Of a DNA stretch of 64,000 nt, positions 10,790-22,800 are shown one piece after another. The notes below the pieces were generated by a model. That model was not told the origin of the DNA. It worked only from the letters and a program-made list of their open reading frames with translations, and made no database searches. This stretch comes from an uncultured Planctomycetota bacterium (lineage in GTDB: Bacteria > Planctomycetota > Planctomycetia > Isosphaerales > Isosphaeraceae). The stretch is from the NCBI GenBank assembly GCA_963845755.1, contig CAWJTV010000031.1:96001-160000 (forward strand), read 5' to 3'. Both the position numbers and the translations under genes were made by a program. Positions within the stretch are counted from its first letter, which is position 1; each line of letters starts with the position of its first letter.

Positions 10790-13700
10790 ATGGCGGACGA
10801 AGTGTCTGTGTCGTCCTCGTCCTTCGACCGCGACCCGATCGAACAACTGGCGGACTCGTTCATCGGCCGGTTCCGCGCCGGCGAACGGCCGAGCATCGAG
10901 GAGTACGCCGTCAAGTACCCTGACCTGGCCGAAGAGATCCGCGAACTACTCCCAGCCCTGGTCGAGCTGGAGCTGAACCAGTCGCCGGACGGCACGGCAA
11001 CGGGAAGCATCGTGGAGAGTCTGCCCGGTTCCGGCGACGGTGCCGTTCCGGTCCCCGATCAACTGGGCGACTATCTCATCCTCCGCGAGATCGGCCGGGG
11101 CGGGATGGGGGTCGTCTATGAGGCCGTGCAACAGTCGTTGGGCCGGCACGTGGCACTCAAGGTCTTGCCCCAGCACAGCCTGGCAGGATCATCACATCTG
11201 GAACGGTTCAGACTGGAGGCGCGCGCCGCGGCTCGGCTGCACCACACGAATATCGTGCCGGTTTTTGGCGTCGGCGAGCAGCAGGGCGTGCACTTCTACG
11301 CGATGCAGTTCATCCAGGGACAAGGGCTGGATGAGGTGTTCGAGGAGTTGCGGCGGTTGAGGGGTGGCCAATCTCCGGCCGTGAAGCCCGTTGAACCTCC
11401 GCGCACCGGGATGGATCGGGCGTTGGCGCTGGCGGCGACCCAAGGGTTGCTGACGGGACAGTTTCCGGCGGCAGAGGTCGTCGCACGTCCTGAAACGGGT
11501 TCGGATTCGTCCGCCGCGTTGACCCAGGGCTCTGCGACCGATGCCGGGGTCGGCGAGTTCGAGCCGACCTCCGCCCGATCGGGGCTCTCCGGCGATTCGG
11601 GGATGTCGACCCATTCCGAGCTGTCAGGGACGCAGGCCGAGACGCAGTATTATCGATCGGTGGCGCGGGTGGGGTTGCAGGTGGCCGAGGGACTGGCGTA
11701 CGCGCATTCCCAGGGGATCGTGCATCGGGATATCAAGCCGTCGAACCTGCTCCTGGACGCTAAAGGCACGATCTGGGTGACGGACTTCGGCCTGGCCAAG
11801 TCGGAGGGGACCGATGCGCTGACCCACACCGGAGACATCATCGGTACGCTACGGTACATGGCGCCGGAACGGTTCGACGGCTGGTCCGACCCCCGGAGCG
11901 ATGTCTATTCGCTGGGCGTGACGCTCTACGAGCTCTTGACCCTCCAGTATCTTTTCCAGGAGCCGAATCGGGCGAAGCTGATCGATCGGGTGATGCATGA
12001 TGTTCCGCCCTCGCCTCGAAAGCTGGACAGGAAGGTCCCGCGCGATCTGGAGACGATCGTCTTGAAGGCGATCGCCAAGGAGCCGGGTCAGCGCTATGCC
12101 TCGTCCGAGCAGATGGCCGAAGACTTGCGCCGTTTCCTGGCGGACAAGCCGGTGCTGGCCCGGCGCACGAGCCCGGCGGAGCAAGCCTGGCGATGGTGCC
12201 GGCGCAACAAGGGGCTGGCCGCTGCCAGCGCGTTGGCGATCGTCGGCCTGGTGGCGGCGGTCGTCGTCCTGGCGATCAGCAACGCGCGGATCGCGCGGAC
12301 CAGCCGGGATCTGGCCACGGCCTTGGACGACAAGGACGGCGCCTTGAAAGCGGCCCGAGAGAGCGAGACCCAGACGAAGTCCAGCGCGGCCGAGAGGGAC
12401 CGTCAGCGGCTACGGGCCGAGGCTGGCGAGGCCCAGGCCCGCGCCGCGGTCGACCAGTTCCTGACCCGCGTCACCGAGGAGGCGCTCTTGAAGGCTCCCG
12501 GTCTTCAGCCCCTCCGCCGAGACCTGCTCCGATCGGCGCTGACGTTCTACGATGAATTCCTCAAGCAGCGGGGCGACGAACCGGGCCTCCGCGCCGCGAT
12601 GGCGGACGTGCATCGCCGCGTGGGCAATATCCAGCGCGACCTCGGCGACGATAATGGTCGGCGCAAGTCGTTCCTGACCGCACGGTCGATCTACGAGGTG
12701 CTGGTCCAGGAGAAGCCCGGTGACCGCGACGCCCAGGCTGGGCTAGCCGACTCCCAGTTCCGCCTCGGTGCCAACTCCGAGGCGGCTAAGCTCTATGAAA
12801 GCCTGGTCAAACTCGATCCAAAGAACCCTCGGTACCGCCACGAGCTGGCCTCAGCCTACAACTCCCAGGCCAACAGCCAGAACGATCCTCAGAAGGTCGC
12901 CGAGGTCCTGGAGCGCATCGCAAGGCATTGGCCCTGCGTGAGGGCCTCGCCCGGGAGTTTCCCGACGACCCCGAGGCCCGGGCCAACCTGGGTGCGACGC
13001 TCAACAACCTCGGCGTCGTGCTCGCGAGGCAGGGCCACTCGCAGGATGCACTCGCGATGTATCTCCGTTCGGTCGAACACGATGAAGCCGCCGTTGCCAA
13101 GGCCCCCCAGGTCATCCAGTACGCCCGGTTCCTGGGGACGAGTTATGGCAATGTGGCGCGGACGCTCCAGAGTCTGGGGCGGCAAGTCGAGGCGTTCCGG
13201 GCGTTTCAGAAGACCATCGAGCACTGGCGGCGCATGGTCGCGCGAGAACCCCGAGGTGCCGGTCTTCCGGGCGCGGCTCTATTCGGATTCCCTTGGCTTC
13301 GCTCGTTCCCTCGTCGACGTGGGCCGGAAGGCCGAAGCGGCCGAGTGGTTCAGCCTGGCGGCCCGGACGATGGAGGATATGCCGCGCAAGATCGGGGGCG
13401 ATCTTTATAACCTGGCCTGCGCTCAGGCCCTTGCCGCCACCGCAGTCGGCGAGGGCCCAGGCGGCTTGACGGCCGAGGACAGCCAGGAGCGCGAACGGTT
13501 GATTGCCGCCGCGATGGACTCGCTGCGCCGGTCGATCGAGATGGGCGCCGAGAACGCCGAGAAGATGCGGACCCACGAGGACCTGGCGATCCTTCGCGGC
13601 CGCGCCGACTTCCAGTCCCTCGTCGCCCGAAAGCAAGCGGCTGAGGAGGCCGCCGCCCTGGCCAAGCGCGGGGAATCGGGGACGGGCGCAGAGAAGCTCA

Positions 13701-16700
13701 AGGCCGGGCAAGAGGCCCTGGCGGCGCGAGCCAAGCTCGCCCTGGAAGACCCACGAAGCCGCCGCCACCGCGCCGACATGGCGGCCAGTCAGCACGCCAT
13801 CGGCCAGGTCCTCACCGACCTTGGCCGGCTGGATGAGGCCGTGAAGACCTTGAAGGAGGCCCTGGCCTCCCGCGAGGCACTGGTCAAGGACGAGTCCAAG
13901 GACGTCCGTTACCAGCTCGACGTGGGCTGGACGAGATTGGCCCTGGGGAAGGTCCACTGGAAGGCCCTCCGATTCGATCAGGCCCACCGCGAGTGGATGA
14001 GCGGGCTGCGCGCGATGGAGGCCGCCCTCCGCGACGAGCTTGATGATAGCCCCGCACGGAACGAGCTGGACGCCGCGTGGATCGACGTCGCCGACAAGCT
14101 CCTCCGGCTCGAACTCTGGGAGGAAGCCGGCGCGCTCCTGGATCGCGCCTTCCGGCGGAATCCCGCAAGCCTGACTCCATTCGACGGCCACTCCTGGCAT
14201 ATTCAGGCCATGCTTCGGCACCAGGCCGGCGACTCGGCGGGATACCGCGCCAGTTGCACCGAGTTCTTCAAGCAGTTCAAGAATGCCGAGAACAAATTCA
14301 ATCTCTACAGGGCCTGCTGGTCGGGCCCGAACGCGCTGGACGACCTCAAGGTCCTCGTCCCGATGGTGGACGCGGACTTCGCGCGCCACCGCACCGACCC
14401 CTGGTACATTCTCCACGCCGTGATGGTGCACGCGCGGGCCGGTGACTATGCCAAGGCGCTGGAGATCTTCCAGGGCGGCCCGCCGAGTTTCCGAGAATCG
14501 CCGTCGTACGCGGCGCATCTGGCACTGATCTTGCACCACCTGGGACGCGACGACGAGGCCCGCCGATCCCTATCGAAGTCCGATCAGAAGTTCGAGCGGG
14601 CTTTCCGTGGCATGGCGTCTGAGCCCCTGCGGTCCTCACTTGAGGATTCCATCGCTGTCGTCGTCCTGGAAGAATCCATCCGTCGCGAGGTGCACGCGGA
14701 ACTCGACGGCAAGCCGTTAGCAGACGACCCTTATTTCCTACTCTCCCGCGCCCGCGTGCTCGGGCGAATGGGCCGCGAACAGGAGGCCGAGAAGGCGTTT
14801 GCCGCCGCCTTGGCCATCAAGCCCGGCGACCCTCAGATTGTCGCCGCATCGGCTCGGGTTCTCGCCGAACTGGGCCGCGACTCGGGGAGCCAGGAGGCCA
14901 GGTCGCGCGCCTTGTCTCTGTTCGACCAGGCCCTCGCCGCGCGGCCTGACGACGTCGAGCTGCTCCGGGCCCGGGCCGAACTCCGCGCCCAGCGGGGGGA
15001 TTGGGACAAGGCCACGGCGGATCTCGGCCGCCTGTTCGCATCGAAGGAGTCGCAATCCCGCTGGTTCGTGGCCGGGACCTGGGTCGTCGGTCCCTATCCT
15101 TTCGATGAGGCCAAGCTCGATTCCGAGCTCGCCCGGTCGCTGCCGCCGGAGTCGAATCCGGACCCGCGCGGCCCATCGTCGGCCCCGACGGCAAGGCCGC
15201 CCTCGCGTGGAAATTGGCCACTCTCAACGCCGACGGCTACCTCGACCTGGCGCCCTGGTGCAGCCCAAGGATCGGGTCTCCACCTACGTCCTCGTCCGCG
15301 TCTACGCCCCCGAGGACCGCGACGTGGTCGCGCTGGTCGCCAACGACGACTGGCTCCGCTTCTGGTGCAATGGAGAGCTGATCCTGGCCCAGCCGCTGTT
15401 GCTCGGTGCGCTCGTCCCCGTGCCCGTCCGCCTCCACGCCGGGTGGAATACGCTCCTGGCCAAGGTATCGAACCAGGAATATGCGTACTCCCTGAATCTC
15501 AAGCTCACCACCGACTTCGAAGAGGTCGCCCGCGCCTTCGGAACCTACGTGGACCAACGGGGCTGGAATGACGAGGCGGCGGCGCGGCTCGAGCGACTCT
15601 ACGCCATGATCCCTGACCGCCACGGCGCGTGGGAGAACCCGGATGAACCGCTCGCCGCCCAGGTCGCCCGGCGCGACGTCGTTTTCCGCCGCGTCATCGC
15701 GTCGCGGCCGAAGGACTCACTGCTCTGGGCGGAGCGGGGACGTCACCTCGCCTGGCTTGGCAAGTGGGACGAGGCGCTGGCCGCGTACGATAAGATGATC
15801 CACGATCACCCGGACCCCGAGGACGCCTTCGTGGAGTACGCGAGCATCCTGCTCCTGAAAGGAGACGTTCCAGCCTACCGAAAATGGTGCGTGAAGCTGG
15901 CCGAGCGATTCGGGCAGACCGAGGGACCATTCGCCGGCTCCATGCTGTCCCGTGTTTGCGGATTGACCCCCGATGCGTTGACCGACCCGGCGCGGCTGGT
16001 TCTCTGGGCCGAATGGGCCATTGCGAAAAAACCCTCATCGCCTCGGTATCTTCACGATCTGGGCATGGCCCACCTCCGATCCGGTCATCCCGAGAAAGCC
16101 GTGAAAGCGTTCCGGGCCTCGATCGACGCCGGCGAAGACGGCGTGCGGAACTGGTACGGCCTGGCGCTCGCGCACTGGCGCCTGGATCACTTCGTGGAGG
16201 CTGGTCGCTGGTCGGAGAAGGCGGACGGGCTGGATGGAGGCGAAGGAGTCCGAGTTCGCCGATCGGACGACCCACCCGACGCCGCCCATCTACGCTCCCG
16301 ATTGGCTCGAGGCCCTGCTCCTCCGTCGCGAGGCCGAGTCGCTGCTGGGCAAGCGGCGGCTTGGGGATGTCGTGCTTATGGACCGGACCGCGCCCTCGGG
16401 CCAGGTGCTCCGGTTACCGCTCGGGCTGGTCGAGTTGAGGCACGACTCGCCGCGGAACGGGGCCGCGGGATCGTTCAGGGTGGTGGCTCCATTCCGGACC
16501 AGGTCCCCCGTGGCCGACGGCACGATCAGCCGCGACGAGTATGGCCCGCCGCTGGCGATCGACTTCACCGGCGACGCCAACCCGGGCCGGCTCTTCTCGT
16601 TGAACTCGCCGAAGCTGGTGATTGACCCGAAGGATCTCAGCGCCGAGTTGTTCATGGCCTACACGAAGACTGACCTGTTCATCGCCGTCAAGGTCCGCGA

Positions 16701-17337
16701 CGACGTCCTCATCACCAATCCGGGCCTCGCTTCGTATCTCAACGACTCCGTTGAGCTGTACCTCGACGGCGACCGAGTTAGTGGAGACCTCAAGCCCAAC
16801 GAGGATACGGGGAACCGGGAAGGCTTCCAGATTACCTCGGGCGCCACCGGCCGGAAGTACGCCTGCGGCCTGGGGAGCACCGATCAAGACTATGTCGCGA
16901 GAACCTCCACGTTCGATGGCGGCTACATCGTCGAATTCCGGATTCCGCTCGCCAACATCGACATCGACGACGGGGCAGAGGTCACGGCCCCCGGTCCTGG
17001 CGCGACCCTCCGGTTCAACCTGGGGATCGTCGACAACGACGAGCCGGTCGAGAACCAGCAGCGCTACGGCGTCCTCTGGATCGAGGACCGCACGAAGTCG
17101 CCGTACGGGGAAGGAGAAGGGACCTGGCTGGTCGATCTCCACCTGGCCCGACCGGTGAAGTACGAGCTGGTCGAAGGTCCCAAGGGCGCGGCGATCGACC
17201 CCGAGACCGGCGTGTTGACCTGGAAGACTCCCGAGGAGCCTCAGGTCGCGAAGGTCACCGTTCGCGTAGTCGACGCCGAGAAGCCCGAGCTCACCGCCGA
17301 GGCGAGCTTCACGATTACCACCATAGCCAAGCCTTGA
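10790..17337 (+). CDS. Membrane Ser/Thr protein kinase with TPR arrays, jelly-roll domain, CBM9/DOMON-like domain and Ig-like tail (about five frameshifts)
   Basis: IGRGGMGVVY, VALK, HRDIKPSN, DFGLAK, YMAPE; TM near 12210-12280; TPR-like helices continue through ORFs 12928, 14799 and 16234; DSVELYLDGD...GYIVEFRIP; GPKGAAIDPETGVLTW. Confidence 0.85.
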
Positions 17338-17406
17338 GGTCGGGCATTCTCCGAGCCCTAGGCGCATAACAGATGGGTTGCGCGACACTCTGTCAGCCGA
17401 TATTCT

Positions 17407-17597
17407 GCAGACTGACGGGCCGCGGAACCCAGCCCAGGGTGAAACCCGGGGACTGGTGCACCCTGCGCCTTCCTCGTGCACCCTCAAGGGGTGCAGGAAG
17501 ACGCCTGCGGCCATTCAGGCCGCCGGGGATGGGGGCTGGCTTGCCGCGGACCCCGGGTTTCACCCGGGGCTTTGCTCCTGCGGCCCTGAGGGCCGCG
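17407..17597. repeat. Composite REP-like palindromic element
   Basis: AGCCCAGGGTGAAACCCGGGG (17431) pairs with CCCCGGGTTTCACCCGGGGCT (17551). Nested hairpins TGCACCCTCAAGGGGTGCA, GCGGCCATTCAGGCCGC and GCGGCCCTGAGGGCCGC. Confidence 0.75.
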
Positions 17598-17700
17598 GCC
17601 GAACATCGTGCTTCCTGGCTGTGGTGGGCTCGATCGCTCGCGCCGGGCGCGTGCGCAATGCAATCGTTACGCGCTCTAACATTCCTCACGGCGTCTTTCA

Positions 17701-17754
17701 AACCCGAAGTGTCAACGAGGCAACGGTTTGATGCCCTCGATCACGCTTCGGGTT
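17701..17754. repeat. Short inverted-repeat element
   Basis: AACCCGAAGTGTCAACGAGG ... CCTCGATCACGCTTCGGGTT, an imperfect 20-bp inverted repeat. Confidence 0.7.
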
Positions 17755-17894
17755 AGTGTCCCCAGAGGCCACGTGCAGTATAACGCCCATGGGAACCAAC
17801 AACACCCGATCGGCGCTGGACGATGATCGGTAGGAGGGCGATAATGCTGCTCGAGGCTCGTACCGAGAATCTGGATCCAGGGAGCCCAGCAGAC

Positions 17895-18428
17895 ATGGCC
17901 AGAATCCGGCCTTTCCAGAACGACGACTCTGATCCAGTGAGTCGCGCTGCGTTGGACGAGATCCTTTCGGCGCACGGCCGAGCCACGAATATGAAGCGGA
18001 CACTGGCCCGCGCGCCGGTCGCGCTGCACGCGCTGATGACCTGGTATGATCTGCGCGATGAAGTCGTACCTTTCCTCGGCGAGCGGCTGACGACCCTCTT
18101 CGCACACGCCATCTCAGCCGGGACGGATTGCCTCGTCTGTTCGACCTTCTTCCGGCGGATCTTGATCGACTCGGGCGAAGATCCCGAATCGCTGCGGCTG
18201 GACGATTGGGAACAGACGATCGTCGACTACGGCCGGCAACTGGCTAAGGATCCTCACGGGGTTTCTGATGAGCTCTTCGCGCGCCTGGCCGCCCGGCTCC
18301 GGCCCGAGCAGATCGTCGCGCTGACCGCCTTCGGTGGCCTCATGGTCGCGACCAACCTCTTCAACAACGCGCTCCAAGTCGACCTGGATGAGTATTTGCA
18401 CGGCTACCGCAAGGAGGACGGAAGATGA
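17895..18428 (+). CDS. AhpD/carboxymuconolactone decarboxylase-like protein with CxxC
   Basis: Helical protein with DCLVC and C-terminal VSDELFARL...EQIVALTAF...TNLFNNALQVDLD; stop overlaps the SDR start (ATGA). Confidence 0.75.
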   Translation: MARIRPFQNDDSDPVSRAALDEILSAHGRATNMKRTLARAPVALHALMTWYDLRDEVVPFLGERLTTLFAHAISAGTDCLVCSTFFRRILIDSGEDPESLRLDDWEQTIVDYGRQLAKDPHGVSDELFARLAARLRPEQIVALTAFGGLMVATNLFNNALQVDLDEYLHGYRKEDGR

Positions 18429-19239
18429 CCCAGGCGGCATCGGAGTTGGCCGGTCAGGTCGCCGTCATCACGGGCGCGGCGCACGGGCAAGGGCGAGCGA
18501 CGGCCCTGGCGATGGCCCGTGAGGGGGTTCGGATCGCGGCACTCGACGTCGCGCGGCCGCTGGCTTATCCCGGCTATCCCATGGGATCGTCCGACGATCT
18601 CGAGAGCCTGGCCCACGAGTGCCGCGAGATGGGTGTGGACTGCCTGACGTTCGCCGCCGACGTCCGCGACGATGCCGCCGTCAGCGCGGCGGTGTGTGCC
18701 ACCGTCGATCGGTTCGGTCGCATCGACGTGCTATTCAATAACGCAGGCATTTGCGGTTACGGACTGGCGCACGAGCTGACCGAAGCCGCATGGGACGTCA
18801 TGCTCGACATCAACCTCAAGGGCGCCTGGCTGGTCGCGCGGCGGGTGATTCCAGTCATGATCGAACGAGGCCGCGGCGTGATCATCAACAATTCCTCGGT
18901 GGCCGGCCTCGCGGAATGGCCCGGCTCAGTCATTATGCGGCATCGAAGTGGGGACTCGTCGGGCTGACCAGGTCCTGGGCCATTGAGCTGGCCCCATACA
19001 ACATCCGGGTCGTCGCACTCTGCCCCACGGGTGTGAACACGCCGATGAACGACGGACTCGCGATGCTCGAAGGCAAGACTCCCCGCGAGATCGCCGAACG
19101 TTCCGCCGGCAATCTGCTTCCCATGCCCTGGATCGAGCCGCAGGACGTTGCGGAGGCGGTGGTATTCCTGGCCTCACCGCGGGCGCGGGCGATCACCGGT
19201 TCGGAGTTCATCCTGGATGCGGGATTGCTCGCGCGTTGA
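18425..19239 (+). CDS. SDR oxidoreductase, mycofactocin-associated-like subfamily (frameshift near 18910)
   Basis: TGAAHGQG, NNAG, YAASK; insertion ARPLAYPGYPMGSSDDL; C-terminal PWIEPQDVAEAVVFLAS...DAG. Confidence 0.85.
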
Positions 19240-19391
19240 GATTCGTCAGGGCGGATGCTCGATGAGCGAGCTGGGAATCGGGCGCGAAGGGGATGGCTGG
19301 GGCCGAGACGACCTGGCTGGCGGATCCGTGGAGTCCGGATCCAGGGATGTCGCCGCGCGGTCGACGACCCCAGCCACCCACTCCTCGCTCG

Positions 19392-19714
19392 TTATCTGAC
19401 AGAGTTCGAATCGAGCGTGGCCTCGACGTAAGGCCGATCGGTCAAGAACGGGCCGGGATCGCGACGATGCCGCTCGGTCATGATTCCCGTCGGCAATTCA
19501 AGGTAGAGGACACGGATGATCTCGCTGTTATCAAGCCCAATACGGATGGCCACGGGAAGGCCTGGCGCGTCTTGGTTCTCGTCGGTTTCTCCGGCGAGCG
19601 TCGTCGGGATGGGTGCCGGCTCTTCGGTCTGGGGCTTGTCGCTGGGAAGGGCGGCTTGAGCCGTCAGCGCGACAAACAGCCGGGTCAACGGAAACACGCG
19701 AGATGCCCGATTCA
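19392..19714 (-). CDS. Hypothetical exported protein (3' end uncertain)
   Basis: MNRASRVFPLTRLFVALTAQA signal-like start in an otherwise empty interval; no recognisable domain. Confidence 0.3.
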
Positions 19715-19894
19715 TGGGCTGGCCTCCGTGCCGAGAGAAAAGGGTTCCGTCCGCGCCTCCAAGGAACAAAGGGACGCGCCGGCGGACGTCCTTCGCGCGA
19801 GATTCCGCCTGCCGGCTTCATCTTGTAAGATGGATTCGAGTCGCGAGGCGGCGGGTTCTGGGAGTTCAGGGGCAAGTTGGGATCGAGGTGAGCG

Positions 19895-22800
19895 ATGGGG
19901 CTTGACCGCTACCGGCTCCTGGCGCAACTCGGGGCGGGTTGTGATGGGATCTCGTATCGCGCGGTGGCCGAGGATGGCGCCACGGAGATCGAGGTTCGCG
20001 ATCTGAGCCTGCGCGCGTGCGAATGCCGGGCGCTGGGAGCAATTGGTCCCTCGAATCCGGCTGGCAGCGAGTCTCGAACATCCTTCGGTGATCCGAGTCC
20101 TCGATGCGAGGCTCGATGACGGATCGCCCTGTATCATTTTGGAGTCGGTCGGCACGATCACGATGGCTGCGGCGGTCGGCGCCGATGGACCAAGACCGGG
20201 CGAGGAAGCGATCGAACTGGTCCGGACCGTGGCCGGCGTGCTGGAAGACGCGCATCGACTCGGGCTGGCCCACGGCCGGCTCGGGCCGGGGCAGGTCTTC
20301 CTTGTGGACGGGCGGCCGAGGCTCGACTTCACCGGCATCGACGCGGGATTTCCAGTCGGTTCGACGTCTGCCCGCATGCTCGACCTGGCTTGCCGCGATT
20401 CGCGAGCCAGTGGCGGCCCGGCGTCCGATCGGGCCGCCGATCTCTATGGTCTGGGCGTCCTGATCGTCTGGCTGCTGACGGGCGGGACCAGTCCAGCGGA
20501 CCGCGCTTCGTGCATCGCCGGACGGGTGGCCGACTCGCGACTCGGCGACCTGGTTCGCGAGTTGCTCGCGGATGAGCCGGCCGACCGGCCGTCGGCGCGT
20601 GAGGTTCGGGAGCGGCTCTCTGGGACGGCCTCGGACGCGGGGGCCGCGCCGGTCCCGTTCGACGCCACGGATGACTGGTCCGCGCCGGCGGCGGGGTTGG
20701 TCCCGTCGAGCTGGCCGACTCGTCCCGGGAAGAGCGATTCCCTGATCGTCGGGTTCGGGCTGAAAAGTGACATCCCGGCGCACGGTACCCTCGTTCTGGA
20801 CGCGGGCTGCCCCCGGCTGGGCCGGTATCGTCTGCTGGACAAACTCGGCGAGGGGGGACAGGGAATCGTGTATCGCGCCGAGGACCCGGCCCAGGGGATC
20901 ACGGTCGCCATCAAGGTCCTGCGGAGCGACCGGGCCGACGATGCGACGGTCCTCCGTCGGTTCCGCAAGGAGGCGCGGCTTATGGCCGAGGCCAATAACC
21001 CGCAGGTGGTCAACCTCCTGGAATTCAACGAGGAAGACGGCATCCCGTACCTGGTCCTGGAATTTGTGGCCGGCGATAGCCTCAGCGGCCTGTTGACGGA
21101 CCGAGCGCGGCTCTGACGAGACCCAGGCACTATCGATCATGGCTGAAGTGGTGCGCGGACTGATGGCGGCCCACGACCGCGGGATCGTCCATCGGGACAT
21201 CAAGCCGAGCAATATCCTCCTGCTCCCACCTGGCCCCGAGTCCGGGTCGGGTGCGCCTCGGATCAAGATCACCGACTTCGGGTTGGCCCGGCACGTCGTC
21301 GACACCGAGTCGCTGGCCCTGACCGCCGCGGGCGCCCTGCTGGGGACGCCCCACTACATGGCGCCGGAGCAATGGACCGGGCGTGCGATTGATGCGCGAA
21401 CGGATGTTTACGCGATGGGTGCCACGCTGTACCACCTCCTCTCGGGTCGGCCCCCGTTCGTGGGACATACACGCGACGACCTTGCTGGGCAGCACTGTAA
21501 CGAGCCGCCCCCCTCGCTCTCGACGCACAACTCGGCCCTCAGCGAGGGGATCGTACGGGTCGTCGGACGGGCCCTCGCCAAGCAGCCCGAGGATCGCTAT
21601 CTTGACGCCGGCGCGATGCTCCGCGACCTGGAAGCGCTCCTCCACGGCGAGCCGACCGGCATCCCCATGCACCCCATCCTGCCGGCCTGCGATCCCAGCC
21701 GAGTCCTCCGGTTCGAGTTCCGCTGGGAGCTGGAATCCGCGCCACGGCACCTCTGGCCGCTGGTGACCAACACGGACCGGCTCGACCGCGCGATCGGGTT
21801 CCCGGCCGTGCGTTATACGACCCGTCATGAAGAGGGGCGCGGGGTGCGAACCTTCGCCGAGGGTCGCAAGGCCGGGATGATCGAGATTGGTGAGGAGCAT
21901 CCGTACGAGTGGGTTGAGCCGCGGCGAATGGGCATCCTGCGCGAGTACAGCCAGGGACCGTTCGTCTGGCTAGTGAGCACCGTCGAGCTGATCCCACGAA
22001 GCGGGGGCGGAACGACGCTGGTCCACCGCCTCCACTTCGAGCCGAGGAACTGGAAGATTCGCGTCGGATCCCGTTGGGGGGTTGGAGTGGGCCTTCGCAA
22101 CCGCCTGGAGGGGGTCTATCGCCGCATTGACGCGACTGTGAAAGGTCAAGGTCGTCGCGGCGCGACGGCCGCCTTGGATCCGTTCGAGGAGCCCGCCGCG
22201 TTGCCGGGCCCAAGGCGGGTCCGGCTGGATCGACTGCTGGACCGTTTGTCCGAGCGGGGCATCGACGCGACCGTCGTCGATCGCCTGGGCGAGCACCTGG
22301 TCCAGGGATCGGTCCAGGAGATCGCCCGCCTCCGGCCGATCGCCCTGGCCGAGCGGTTCGGACTCGACCCTGATTCGGTTGTCGCCGCCTGCCTGCACGC
22401 GGCGCGCGACGGACTGCTCGAGCTCCATTGGGACCTGCTCTGCCCGGTTTGTCGCATCTCCTGCCAGGTCACCGACACGCTCCGCGCGATCGCCGAACAT
22501 GCCCACTGTGCGGCCTGCAACCTCGACTTCCAGCTCGACTTCGCCAACTCGATCGAGCTGATCTTCCGGGTGCATCCCGAGATCCGCGAGGCCGATCTGG
22601 GCACTTATTGCATTGGTGGCCCGGCGCATTCGCCGCACGTGCCGGCCCAGGTTCGCGTCGCGCCGCGCGAGCGAATCGAGCTGGACCTGGAACTGTCCGA
22701 AGGCTCGTATCGACTCCGAGGACCGCAATTGCCCTGGATGGTCGAGTTCCCGGTCCGGGGTTCGACCGGACTGCGTCGCTGGGAGATCGATCTCTCGCCA

